Part shown: positions 19,024 to 29,103 of the stretch, in pieces
Numbering within the stretch: position 1 is the stretch's first letter
Layout: each line of letters opens with the position of its first letter
NCBI GenBank assembly: GCA_016938455.1
Contig: JAFGUQ010000089.1
Coordinates: 445 to 64,444, forward strand
Direction of reading: 5' to 3'
DNA length: 64,000 nucleotides
From: Clostridia bacterium
GTDB taxonomy: Bacteria > Bacillota > Clostridia > DUPQ01
Notes under the pieces: model-generated
Told to the model about the DNA's origin: nothing
Databases searched by the model: none
What the model saw: the letters and a program-made list of their open reading frames with translations, nothing else
Translations under genes and position numbers: made by a program

Positions 19024-20529
19024 GTGAAAAAAATACTTATCGCATTATTGATATTACTGCTTGCAGGATGTACCAATGGAGCTGATTTAACACCTGAGGC
19101 AGAACCTGCTGATAGCATTAGTGCGGACTATCAGAGAACAACAAGTCTCTCATTCACAATTCCCTATAACAATACAAGAAACCGTTATGCAGAAATAGAT
19201 AACTGGGAAACCTATTTTTATGAGACATACGGTTATGAGATCAATATTAGCTACAACACTATTAACACTGACCTCAGTGCAATGGATTCCATCGTGTTCT
19301 TCAACTGTAAATCAGACTACATAATGCAGAACATGTTTGATATAAAAAAAATGATGGAAACAGGACAACTCTATGACATCAGCACATACTATGATCAATA
19401 CAACTGGTATCAATATATAGATGACACTGCCATTGATTATGTCACCATGAATGATGAAATCATGGCGTTACCAGTGTCTTCTTTCGGATACAGCTATCCG
19501 AGGTACTATAATGAGAATTACCTTAAAGAACTTTCTCTGAATGTTCCCACTAATGTCAGTGAATTCTATGATTATCTGCTGGCTACTAGAAAAATGAACA
19601 GTTATGATGAAAGCTTCTATCCGTTTATTGCAAATTCAAATAATATTATTAGAAATACTGCAGATCTTTTCAGATCTTCTGGAGTCTACTTCAACAGTGA
19701 AAAAAATAATACTATTGCCTATAATCCGCTGACGAAGTCCATTGAGGACGGGATGTTTTCAGAAAATTCCCTTGAAGCCATTCAATATATCCGTTTTTTA
19801 CAGGAAAATAAAGTGTTTTCAATATTTGACAGCAATGGAACGAACTTTGACAAAATACCTTATAACATAAACAAGAATTATGCGACTGAATACTATATAA
19901 TCTACAGTTACTCTGGAGATCCGGGAAGAAATGACAAATATGAAGACCCGGTCTATTTGACCCGTACCGGGTACTTTCTTGAAGGAAACAATAAAGAACG
20001 GTTAATGGAAGTGAATAAAGATATTTCATTTTATGTGTTTCCCGCAGGAATCAGTAATCTGGCAGGTAAGATGGAACTTTTCAATACTATTTTCACTGAC
20101 AATCAATACTACTATGATTTGAAATATGGAATTAAAAATATTGATTATGAAATTCAGGATCACAATCTGACAATTAATATGCCAAGCTATGGTGCAATGC
20201 TTGATCTGGAACTAATGACAGGATTCAAGGATCCAGGAGCTACCAGCTTCATGGAAAGTGTTCAGGTAATTGATCAAGCGGATGAACCCCTTTTATATGA
20301 TGTTTCATACATTCATCATGAAATATTGAAACTTGGATTTACTCCAACGATCAACAATGAATTTGATGACATTATCAAAAGAATGTTCAATACCAGAAAC
20401 TCTCTGGAAGACGAAGTGGCTGCATATAAGGAACTGTTCAGGAAATCAGGCGGGATTGAGTATATTGACCTGCTGAATGAAAAGCTAGGGTCTGTGACTT
20501 CATATAAGTATCACTTGCTTGATTTCTAA
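19024..20529 (+). CDS. Lipoprotein of unknown function (501 aa), paralog of 29104-30579
   Basis: GTG start with a GGGAGG SD. LLAGC lipobox. Shared motifs with the paralog (IAYNP.TK..ED..F). Confidence 0.6.
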   Translation: MKKILIALLILLLAGCTNGADLTPEAEPADSISADYQRTTSLSFTIPYNNTRNRYAEIDNWETYFYETYGYEINISYNTINTDLSAMDSIVFFNCKSDYIMQNMFDIKKMMETGQLYDISTYYDQYNWYQYIDDTAIDYVTMNDEIMALPVSSFGYSYPRYYNENYLKELSLNVPTNVSEFYDYLLATRKMNSYDESFYPFIANSNNIIRNTADLFRSSGVYFNSEKNNTIAYNPLTKSIEDGMFSENSLEAIQYIRFLQENKVFSIFDSNGTNFDKIPYNINKNYATEYYIIYSYSGDPGRNDKYEDPVYLTRTGYFLEGNNKERLMEVNKDISFYVFPAGISNLAGKMELFNTIFTDNQYYYDLKYGIKNIDYEIQDHNLTINMPSYGAMLDLELMTGFKDPGATSFMESVQVIDQADEPLLYDVSYIHHEILKLGFTPTINNEFDDIIKRMFNTRNSLEDEVAAYKELFRKSGGIEYIDLLNEKLGSVTSYKYHLLDF

Positions 20530-21761
20530 AGGCTTGTCAGTTCTTCAAACATTTTTATAGCAAAGGTATCAGTCATTGAAGAAATGAAGTCAATGATTGC
20601 TTTGATGAAATCCTGTCTGTTTTCAAGTCTATATAAGATGACATTTTTAAGGGTATCTCTTCTAGGCTCCTTGTTTCCCATATCTGAATATCGTCTCAGC
20701 TTTTCAATGAAGGTTTTTGATAATTCAGGATAAATCTCAATAAAATTCTGATTGATATAGTCAATGGTGTTTACTCCATCATAGAATTTTAAAAGCACAT
20801 TGAACAGAGAATTTAAAATCAGCTCCGCATAATTCTGGAATACAGTCAGTCTGTCATTGTAATATATGTATTCATAGTTGAACTTCTTAATCTCTTTCAT
20901 GAAGTCTAGATGGTGAGTTGAAAACCTCATTCCATTCTCAGGTGAGCTGTTTTCACATAAATCGCTGACAAAGGTATGAATCAATGCAGTGTTGTTGGTT
21001 TTCTTTATATCCACATTATAGAAAGTGTGAATGATTTTATCAAGCTCATCAATATGCTCTTCATCTAGGATTTTCAGCCTCAAAGCGTCTTCAATATCCC
21101 TTCCTATGTAAGCGATGTTATCAGCCATTTTCACGATGCAGCCTTCCCATGTATATGGAGAATAATGGCTTGCCATCAAAACATCTTTCAGATCAATGAC
21201 TTCGTTTCTTGGAATGAGGTATTCATCTTCTACTTCACCGCAGTGAGAGATGATACCGTCTCTGACACCGTAAGTTAAGTCAAGGTTACAGTCAAACCCG
21301 TTTGAATCCTGAAGGGTTTCATATTCATCCACAAAACGGAGACTGTTTTTTTCATGCCAGAAGGTCTCATTCAGGTATTTATTGGTAATCGCACTGATGT
21401 AACGTTCTCCTGAATGACCAAACGGGGCATGTCCCAGATCGTGCCCGGTGGCAATGGCCAGAACCAGTTCTTCGTTTAATCCGAAATATTTTGCTATGGT
21501 CACCCCAATAGAAGACACATGATTGACATGTTCAATACGGGTACAGATATGATCGTTCTGAGTAGCAAAAAACACCTGAGTCTTATGCTTTAGACGGCTG
21601 TAAGCTCTGGAATGTAGAATCCTGGTATAATCTCTTGTAAAAGGAGACCTGACTTCGTTTTCTCTTCTTGAAAGGGGAGTGACACGACTGATACAGACAT
21701 CATATTTGTCACTTTTCTCATTGATGGCTACTTTTGAAAATTTACCTGTCATAATATTCAT
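20526..21761 (-). CDS. dgt: dGTP triphosphohydrolase-like HD-domain protein
   Basis: HD motif (HDLGHAPFGH) and dGTPase family architecture. 411 aa. Confidence 0.8.
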   Translation of the reverse strand: MNIMTGKFSKVAINEKSDKYDVCISRVTPLSRRENEVRSPFTRDYTRILHSRAYSRLKHKTQVFFATQNDHICTRIEHVNHVSSIGVTIAKYFGLNEELVLAIATGHDLGHAPFGHSGERYISAITNKYLNETFWHEKNSLRFVDEYETLQDSNGFDCNLDLTYGVRDGIISHCGEVEDEYLIPRNEVIDLKDVLMASHYSPYTWEGCIVKMADNIAYIGRDIEDALRLKILDEEHIDELDKIIHTFYNVDIKKTNNTALIHTFVSDLCENSSPENGMRFSTHHLDFMKEIKKFNYEYIYYNDRLTVFQNYAELILNSLFNVLLKFYDGVNTIDYINQNFIEIYPELSKTFIEKLRRYSDMGNKEPRRDTLKNVILYRLENRQDFIKAIIDFISSMTDTFAIKMFEELTSL

Positions 21762-21829
21762 CCTTCTTGTGTATTTCTGATATAATAATTATATATCGCA
21801 AACCCATATATTACAAAAGGAGTTTTAAA

Positions 21830-22408
21830 ATGGCGTCAAATACCTTTTTTGCATTTATTCACAGAATGAAATATATCAACCGCTGGGGGTTGATGAGAAA
21901 TACAAGATATGAGAATTTAAAAGAGCACAGTTTTGATGTGGCTTCCATTGCCCTTGGCATTGCTAAAATCGGGAATCATTACTATAAAAAGCAATATAAC
22001 TGCGAAAAAATTGCTGTCATGGCCATGTATCATGATGCGAACGAAACCATTACAGGCGACATGCCGACTCCTGTCAAATATGAGAATGAAGCCATAACGA
22101 AAGCATACAAGAAACTGGAGAAAGAAGCAGAGAAGCAGATCATCAATATGCTGCCTCCTGACCTTTCGAAGTCCTATGAGCAGTATTTCCATATGGATGA
22201 AGAAAGCAAAGCCATTGTCAAAGCAGCTGACCGTATTTCTGCATTGATCAAGTGCATTGAAGAGCAGGACGGAGGAAATCACGATTTCATCAGTGCCAGA
22301 AATGCTGTGGAAGAATCACTTTCAAGTGTGGAACTTCCTGAAGTAAAGCGCTTTATCAGCGACTTTCTACCCGCATTCTCCATGACTTTAGATGAAATGA
22401 AAAAGTGA
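21830..22408 (+). CDS. yfbR: HD-domain 5'-deoxynucleotidase (YfbR-like)
   Basis: Start moved to MASNTFFAF behind an AAGGAG SD. Conserved HD motifs (HSFDV, MYHDANETITGDMPTP). Confidence 0.75.
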   Translation: MASNTFFAFIHRMKYINRWGLMRNTRYENLKEHSFDVASIALGIAKIGNHYYKKQYNCEKIAVMAMYHDANETITGDMPTPVKYENEAITKAYKKLEKEAEKQIINMLPPDLSKSYEQYFHMDEESKAIVKAADRISALIKCIEEQDGGNHDFISARNAVEESLSSVELPEVKRFISDFLPAFSMTLDEMKK

Positions 22409-22498
22409 GATGACATTAGAGCATTGAAGAGATAATGAGAGAAAAAGAGAGATTTAAAGAGTTATCATAAGCAGGATTAAAATTACAGTTAAATATGC

Positions 22499-22527
22499 TT
22501 GACACTAATATGAATATGTATTAGAAT
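22499..22527 (+). promoter_or_regulatory. Sigma-A promoter of the rplM-rpsI operon (TTGACA, 17-nt spacer, TAGAAT)
   Basis: Near-consensus hexamers about 60 nt upstream of the rplM start. Confidence 0.6.
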
Positions 22528-22589
22528 GTTCCTTGCGAAAATGAAGTGATAATCGACTAAGATAGATAGTCATACTTTAGGAGGTAACT

Positions 22590-23024
22590 ATGAAAACAAT
22601 GATGGCTAATGCAAGCCAGGTTGAACAGAAATGGTATGTTGTCGACGCTGATGGCAAAGTCCTCGGAAGACTTGCAAGCGAAGTGGCAAAAATACTGAAA
22701 GGCAAACACAAACCTACATATACACCACATGTGGATACAGGAGATTTCGTTATTATCATCAATGCTGAAAAAGTCATTGTTACCGGTAAAAAAGAAACTC
22801 AGAAATTGTACAGACATCATACCACTCATATCGGTGGTTTAAAGGAAGTAAGTTATAAAGCCATGATGGAAAAGCACCCTGAAAGAATATTGCAGGCAGC
22901 AATTAAAGGGATGCTCCCCAAAAACACTCTTGGAAGACAGATGCTCAAGAAACTGAAAGTATATGTCGGACCAGAACACAAGAACCAGGCGCAGATACCT
23001 GAAGTTCTTGAAATCAAAGCTTAA
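22590..23024 (+). CDS. rplM: 50S ribosomal protein L13
   Basis: Highly conserved sequence; GGAGG SD. Confidence 0.95.
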   Translation: MKTMMANASQVEQKWYVVDADGKVLGRLASEVAKILKGKHKPTYTPHVDTGDFVIIINAEKVIVTGKKETQKLYRHHTTHIGGLKEVSYKAMMEKHPERILQAAIKGMLPKNTLGRQMLKKLKVYVGPEHKNQAQIPEVLEIKA

Positions 23025-23044
23025 GAGAGAAGGAGGATAGATTC

Positions 23045-23440
23045 ATGGCAAATAAAGTACAGTATTACGGAACAGGTAGAAGAAAGAAATCAGTAGCCAG
23101 AGTCAGGTTAGTACCTGGCGAAGGTAAAGTAACGATAAATGAAAGAGACATAGATGATTATTTTGGACTGGAAACATTGAAAGTAATCATGAAACAGCCA
23201 TTAGCACTGACAAAGACTGAAGGAAGATTTGATGTTATCGTCGGAGTCAAAGGCGGTGGATTCACAGGTCAGGCAGGTGCCATCAGACATGGTATCTCAA
23301 GAGCATTGCTTGAAGCAGATCCAGGATTACGTTCTGAACTTAAGAAAGCCGGCTACTTGACAAGAGATCCGAGAATGAAAGAAAGAAAGAAACCAGGACT
23401 CAAAAAAGCAAGAAAAGCACCTCAATTTTCAAAGAGATAA
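23045..23440 (+). CDS. rpsI: 30S ribosomal protein S9
   Basis: Conserved YYGTGRRK N-terminus and [10 protein letters not shown]-terminus. Confidence 0.95.
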   Translation: MANKVQYYGTGRRKKSVARVRLVPGEGKVTINERDIDDYFGLETLKVIMKQPLALTKTEGRFDVIVGVKGGGFTGQAGAIRHGISRALLEADPGLRSELKKAGYLTRDPRMKERKKPGLKKARKAPQFSKR

Positions 23441-23451
23441 AGTATTCATTA

Positions 23452-23482
23452 AAGCATCACCGATTGAGGTGGTGCTTTTTTC
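23452..23482 (+). terminator. Rho-independent terminator after rpsI
   Basis: AAGCATCACC-GATTGA-GGTGGTGCTT stem followed by a T run. Confidence 0.7.
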
Positions 23483-23503
23483 ATTTTAGAAGGGAGAACA
23501 GGT

Positions 23504-24649
23504 ATGATACTGATAAAAAACGGGAAAGTGTTCACAATGGACAAGAAAAACAATTTTGATGGTTATGTCATCACAAAAGATGACAAAATCTTTGAAATCG
23601 GAAAGAAAAAAGAACTGACAGAGGAAATGGAAAAGAAGTGTGACACAGTCATTGATGCCAAAGGCGGATTCATCATGCCTGGTCTGATTGATCCTCACTG
23701 CCATGTGGGTATGTGGGAAAATGGTATTGGCTTTGAAGGAGCTGACGGAAATGAAATGACAGATCCGGTGACTCCTCATATGAGAGCCATTGACGGTATT
23801 TACTATAAAGACGAATCATTCAGAGATGCCATGGAAGCAGGTATCACCACTCTTGTCATCGGACCTGGCAGTGCTAATGTCATCGGAGGAACATTCTCTG
23901 CTTTGAAAACCGTGGGAAACAGTATTGAAGAAATGTGTCTGAAAGAAACTGTAGCTATGAAAATGGCTTTAGGGGAAAATCCTAAGAGAGTATATAACGG
24001 ACAGAAAAAAACACCTATGACCAGAATGGCTTCTGCTGCTGTCATGAGGCAGGCACTGATTCAGGCAAGGGAATACAGGACAAGAGAAGATAAATCAAAA
24101 GTTGATCTGAAGATGGAAGCATTGTCACAGGTATTTGACGGGTTGCTGGTTAAGATACACGCTCACAGAGAAGATGATATTCTCACTGCTATCAGAATCG
24201 GTAAAGAATTCGGTCTTCATTTCACCATCGAGCATTGTACTGAAGGTTATCTGATTAAAGAAAAACTGAAAGAAGAAAAAATTGATGTCATTACCGGACC
24301 ATTAATGTCATTCAAGTCAAAATATGAACTTAACCATGCGACTATCAAGAATCCCGGTTACTTATCAGCAGCCGGAATAAAGACAGCCATTATGACTGAT
24401 CATCATGTCATTCCTATTCAATACCTGCCGCTTACTGTAGGGCTTGCTGTCAAGAATGGTCTTGATGAGCTTGAAGGATTAAAAGCCATCACTATCTATG
24501 CCGCTGAAGTCACAGAAATTGATGACAGAGTAGGATCGCTTAAAGAAGGAAAAGATGCTGATGTGGCTGTGTTTGATGGTAATCCACTAGAAATAAAGAC
24601 AAATGTGATTGCCACCATCATCAACGGAAAAGTGGTTTATGAGGGATAA
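23504..24649 (+). CDS. Amidohydrolase-family metal-dependent hydrolase
   Basis: HxH metal motif (DPHCHVG), the amidohydrolase TIM-barrel pattern and a conserved D near the C-terminus. Confidence 0.8.
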   Translation: MILIKNGKVFTMDKKNNFDGYVITKDDKIFEIGKKKELTEEMEKKCDTVIDAKGGFIMPGLIDPHCHVGMWENGIGFEGADGNEMTDPVTPHMRAIDGIYYKDESFRDAMEAGITTLVIGPGSANVIGGTFSALKTVGNSIEEMCLKETVAMKMALGENPKRVYNGQKKTPMTRMASAAVMRQALIQAREYRTREDKSKVDLKMEALSQVFDGLLVKIHAHREDDILTAIRIGKEFGLHFTIEHCTEGYLIKEKLKEEKIDVITGPLMSFKSKYELNHATIKNPGYLSAAGIKTAIMTDHHVIPIQYLPLTVGLAVKNGLDELEGLKAITIYAAEVTEIDDRVGSLKEGKDADVAVFDGNPLEIKTNVIATIINGKVVYEG

Positions 24650-25109
24650 GAAATACATACTGTGCACGAAAAGTGATGAGGAGACTTTTTCACTTGGTGC
24701 ACAGTTTGCATCACTTGAATTCAATAACATCTGCATGGCAGGTGATTTAGGCAGTGGAAAGACAGTGTTTTCCAAAGGGTATGCCAGTGGACTGGGGATT
24801 GATGAATATATCACCAGTCCGACATTTAATATTATTAACCGCTATGAAAAAGAGAACATTACTTTTTACCATATGGATGCCTATCGTATTACTGATGAGG
24901 ATATGCTCTATGATATCGGCTTTGAAGAAATGTTTGATGAACACTGTTATGTTGTGATTGAATGGGCTGACAATATCAAAAATGCCATCAGTGATCAGGC
25001 CATCTGGATAGACATCGTAAAAGATGACAATGACTTGAGCATCAGATATTTCATCATCCATTGCAACCAGGAAGAAATGGAAAAGTTAGGAAAGATAAGA
25101 GTATGCTGA
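24639..25109 (+). CDS. tsaE: tRNA threonylcarbamoyladenosine biosynthesis protein TsaE
   Basis: P-loop GDLGSGKT. Start moved to MRDKKYIL, which overlaps the upstream stop. Confidence 0.8.
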   Translation: MRDKKYILCTKSDEETFSLGAQFASLEFNNICMAGDLGSGKTVFSKGYASGLGIDEYITSPTFNIINRYEKENITFYHMDAYRITDEDMLYDIGFEEMFDEHCYVVIEWADNIKNAISDQAIWIDIVKDDNDLSIRYFIIHCNQEEMEKLGKIRVC

Positions 25110-25765
25110 TATTTGCTGCTGATACTTCACTTGAAAGCGCTTCGGTCGCTTTGATAAGGGACAATCATGTACTGCACGAACTGACAGTCAATAATCATAA
25201 AAAGCATGCCACCACTTTCATGCCGATGGTAGAACACTGCTTCAGCGAAAGCGTCATAAACGTAAGTGAGGTGGATTTGTTTGCCATTTCAGGAGGTCCT
25301 GGTTCGTTTACCGGACTTAGAATCGGTATGTCCTCTATGAAAACCATGGCTTATGCACTTAATAAAAAAATGGTTGTCGTACCAACCTTAGATATACTGG
25401 CAAGTCAAAGCAAAGAAGAGAATAAAATCATCTGTCCTATCATCAATGCCAGGAACAATCAGGTATATACAGCCATATATAACACTGTAAAGCTCACAGA
25501 GGATATGGCCATTCCAATTGAAGAACTAGCTGAAATATTAAAAAAATATGACAGTGAAGTGGTTCTTTCCGGAGATGCTGCTTCCATGCATTTGGAGCTC
25601 TTAACTGAAAAATTAAAAAACAAGGTAACCTTTAACATTGAAAATACATTCCCGAAAGCTTCTGTCTGTGGTCTGATTGCCTTTAAGTATGATAAAATAG
25701 AAGCAAAAGAGGCACTTCCGTTTTATGTAAGATCCTCTCAGGCAGAAAGGCTGTTCAACAAGTAA
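25103..25765 (+). CDS. tsaB: tRNA threonylcarbamoyladenosine biosynthesis protein TsaB
   Basis: YeaZ-family N-terminus (MLIFAADTS...GPGSFTGLRIG). Confidence 0.8.
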   Translation: MLIFAADTSLESASVALIRDNHVLHELTVNNHKKHATTFMPMVEHCFSESVINVSEVDLFAISGGPGSFTGLRIGMSSMKTMAYALNKKMVVVPTLDILASQSKEENKIICPIINARNNQVYTAIYNTVKLTEDMAIPIEELAEILKKYDSEVVLSGDAASMHLELLTEKLKNKVTFNIENTFPKASVCGLIAFKYDKIEAKEALPFYVRSSQAERLFNK

Positions 25766-26208
25766 TGGATATACAATATGCTGTGGCTGAAAAAAAACAT
25801 GTGGATATGATGTATGAAATAGAGAAACAGAGCTTCATCACTCCATGGTCACATAAAAGCATCTATAACGATGTTGTCAACAACACCATCGCAGTTTACC
25901 TGGTGGCACTTGATGGAGAACAGGTTGTCGGTTATCTTGGTGTGTGGCATATCATTGACGAGGCACATATTACCACTGTCGCTGTGAAAAAAGAATACCA
26001 GAGAAAGCATATCGCAGAAACTATGTTTCGCATGATGTTTGAGAGGTTGGATGAACTTGATATCCATGCCATCACCCTTGAGGTCAGGGAACATAATGAC
26101 AAGGCCATTAATTTGTACAACAAGCTTGGATTTACAGTGGAAGGTAAAAGAAACAACTACTATTCAGATACCAATGAAAATGCACTGATCATGTGGAAAT
26201 CAATATGA
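25765..26208 (+). CDS. rimI: Ribosomal-protein-alanine N-acetyltransferase
   Basis: GNAT acetyltransferase motifs in the conserved tsaEB-rimI context. Confidence 0.8.
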   Translation: MDIQYAVAEKKHVDMMYEIEKQSFITPWSHKSIYNDVVNNTIAVYLVALDGEQVVGYLGVWHIIDEAHITTVAVKKEYQRKHIAETMFRMMFERLDELDIHAITLEVREHNDKAINLYNKLGFTVEGKRNNYYSDTNENALIMWKSI

Positions 26209-28013
26209 GCGATTTTATCATTAATGACGAACTGAATAAACTGCCTAAAACTCCTGGTGTTTATCTGATGAAAAACAGCAAGGGTAAAGTCATCTATGTG
26301 GGAAAAGCCATCAATCTTAAAAACAGAGTCAGCCAGTATTTCAAGAATGAACCGAAGTACAAGCGGACAAAATATATGGTCAAAGCTATACGCAGCTTCG
26401 AGTACATTGTCACGAGCAGTGAGCGTGATGCTTTCATCATTGAGTGCAACCTGATAAAAAGCCATATGCCTAGATACAATGTGCTTTTAAAAGATGATAA
26501 GACCTATCCCTATTTGAAGATAAATGTCAACGAACAGTTTCCCACGATACAGATTGTGAGAAAAGTGCAAAAAGACGGTGCCAAATATTTCGGCCCATAT
26601 CCTCAACGAACTCCGTTAAAAGAAATTCTAAACCTGCTTCAGAGTGTGTTCATGATCAGAAACTGCAGCAAGAAAGATTTCAGGAAAAAAGTGAGACCCT
26701 GTCTCAATTACCATATAAAAAGATGTGTGGGACCATGTGCTTTTGATGTGGATGAGAAAAAGTACATGCAGAATGTCATTGACCTGATTGACCTTTTGGA
26801 AGGTAATAATGAGACACTGATGGATGACTACAAGACAAGAATGGAAGAAGCAGCTGAAAAACTTGAGTTTGAAAAAGCGGCACATTACAGAGATAGAATA
26901 TCAATACTTAGGAAAATATCCGATGTCTATATGATTAAACCAAACCAAAAGGACAGTGATGTGATTGCGGGGCAATACAAAAAAGGGTATGGTTTATGTG
27001 TAGTCCTTAAAGTGAGAGAGGGGCAGATTGTTGCCAAGAAGGAATTTGAGTTCAATGACATTGAAGGATATACCTCTTCTCAACTGACGTCAGAATTCAT
27101 CAGACAATATTATCAGGACACCTCTAAAGTACCTTCACAGATTATTATCTACAATGACATCGAGGATAAGCAGTGGCTGGAAGAATGGATTAATGAAAAT
27201 AACAAACATAATGTCAAGCTTATCATACCTAAACGAGGCGGAAACCAGAAACTGGCTGAAACCGCTTTCAATACAGCGAGTCTGTCATTGAATGCATATA
27301 TAGAAAGACAGAATGCCACTTATGCTAACCTTGTCATTTTATCCAAACTGCTGAAACTTGAGACTATTCCTGAACACATTGAAGCTTTTGACATTTCGAA
27401 TCTGTCAGGAAAAGATACAGTAGGTTCCATGGTGACTTTTCATAACGGCAAACCAAAAAAGAGCGGTTACAGAAAATTTGAGATTAAGCAGGAAGTCAAA
27501 AGTGATGACCTGATGGCTATGAAAGAAGTACTACTTAGAAGGATAAAGCGATTCAAAGATGAGAAGTTTGCCAATATGCCTGATCTCATCATGATTGACG
27601 GTGGAACCAATCAGACAAACACCATCAAAAAACTGTTTGAAGAAAATGATGTTGATATACCTGTCTGCGGCATGGTTAAAGATGAAAGCCACAGAACCAG
27701 GGGATTGATTTATAACGGCAAGGAACATGATATCAAAGAAGACATGGAACTGTACCGGTTCATCACTTTTATACAGGATGAAGCTCATCGGTTTGCCATA
27801 GAGTATAACAGAGCGAATAGAAACAAGAATCAGATACAATCCCAGCTTGATGAAATAAGTGGTATCGGAGAGAAAAAGAAAGACCTGTTGATGAAACAGT
27901 TCGGTTCGGTCAGAGAGATAAGAGGCGCTGGAATAGACCAGTTAAAGAATGTCAAGGGAATCAGTGAAGAGCTGGCGACTGAAATATTCAAATTCTTCCA
28001 TGGGGGGGAGTAA
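26205..28013 (+). CDS. uvrC: Excinuclease ABC subunit C
   Basis: GIY-YIG N-terminus (GVYLMKN...IYVGKA), UvrC central region and C-terminal HhH. Confidence 0.95.
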   Translation: MSDFIINDELNKLPKTPGVYLMKNSKGKVIYVGKAINLKNRVSQYFKNEPKYKRTKYMVKAIRSFEYIVTSSERDAFIIECNLIKSHMPRYNVLLKDDKTYPYLKINVNEQFPTIQIVRKVQKDGAKYFGPYPQRTPLKEILNLLQSVFMIRNCSKKDFRKKVRPCLNYHIKRCVGPCAFDVDEKKYMQNVIDLIDLLEGNNETLMDDYKTRMEEAAEKLEFEKAAHYRDRISILRKISDVYMIKPNQKDSDVIAGQYKKGYGLCVVLKVREGQIVAKKEFEFNDIEGYTSSQLTSEFIRQYYQDTSKVPSQIIIYNDIEDKQWLEEWINENNKHNVKLIIPKRGGNQKLAETAFNTASLSLNAYIERQNATYANLVILSKLLKLETIPEHIEAFDISNLSGKDTVGSMVTFHNGKPKKSGYRKFEIKQEVKSDDLMAMKEVLLRRIKRFKDEKFANMPDLIMIDGGTNQTNTIKKLFEENDVDIPVCGMVKDESHRTRGLIYNGKEHDIKEDMELYRFITFIQDEAHRFAIEYNRANRNKNQIQSQLDEISGIGEKKKDLLMKQFGSVREIRGAGIDQLKNVKGISEELATEIFKFFHGGE

Positions 28014-28014
28014 G

Positions 28015-28671
28015 ATGGCAGTTTATGCAATCGGGGATCTGCATTTGTCTTTCCAGGTGAACAAGCCAATGGATGTGTTTGGAAAGAAGTGGACAGATTA
28101 TGAAAAAAGCATACAGCAATCATGGAGTGAACAGGTCAGTGATAATGATGTGGTCATTATTCCCGGTGATTTTTCTTGGGCTACTTATCTGAATCAGGCA
28201 ATCAGTGACTTTTCATTTATCAATCAGTTACCCGGAAGGAAAATCATTCTTAAAGGCAACCATGATTACTGGTGGGAAACCGTCAGTAAGATGAATCACT
28301 TTCTTGATGAGAATAACTTTCATAACATTGAATTCTTGTTTAATAATTCCATAGAACTTGATGATTGTGTCATCTGTGGCACCAAAGGGTATTCATTTGA
28401 TGAAACAGATGAGAAAATGATTAACAGAGAAATAGAACGCTTTAAAATATCACTGAAAAGTATCAAGAACAAAGAAAAGGATATCATTGCTGTCTTTCAT
28501 TTTCCACCTATGCACAGTGACATTTACATGAATCTCATTGAGGAACATATGATAAAGAAGGTCATCTATGGCCATATTCATGGAGAGAAAACAAAAGAGA
28601 TGAGGGATGATGATGTATTCAATCTCGTTTCTGCTGATTTTCTCTATTTCAATGTAAGAAAGATATATTAA
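28015..28671 (+). CDS. Metallophosphoesterase (calcineurin-like phosphoesterase)
   Basis: Start moved to MAVYAIGDLHL. GDxHG, GDF and GNHD motifs. Confidence 0.75.
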   Translation: MAVYAIGDLHLSFQVNKPMDVFGKKWTDYEKSIQQSWSEQVSDNDVVIIPGDFSWATYLNQAISDFSFINQLPGRKIILKGNHDYWWETVSKMNHFLDENNFHNIEFLFNNSIELDDCVICGTKGYSFDETDEKMINREIERFKISLKSIKNKEKDIIAVFHFPPMHSDIYMNLIEEHMIKKVIYGHIHGEKTKEMRDDDVFNLVSADFLYFNVRKIY

Positions 28672-29103
28672 AAACCAAAAAATGAAAAATATATCAATGT
28701 TCATAAAATGTTTACAAATTGTTAACATTTCATTTATATTTGAGCGTTGAAAATGGAATATAATGAAATCAGATAGGTAATCATTGGGAAAGATGTGAGA
28801 ATAATAGCTTACAAATAGTTCATTAATTGCAAGAAAAAAACCATACTGTGAAAAAAGAAGGGGGAAATAACGGGATTTGTCAGTATGGCTTAAATCAAAT
28901 AAATATAATGTATGTATGATAGCGTTTCATCATTTAATCTTAGGAGGGCTAAATGAAAACGTACAATTGTTATTTCGGATAAATAGTATAAAACTTGATG
29001 TTTTATAAAAAATAGTTTATATGCTTGAATGAGCACTTGGAATGAGATCCTATATGACTAAGAATAAAAATAATATAAACAGTAAGAAGTTAGGAAAAGT
29101 AAA

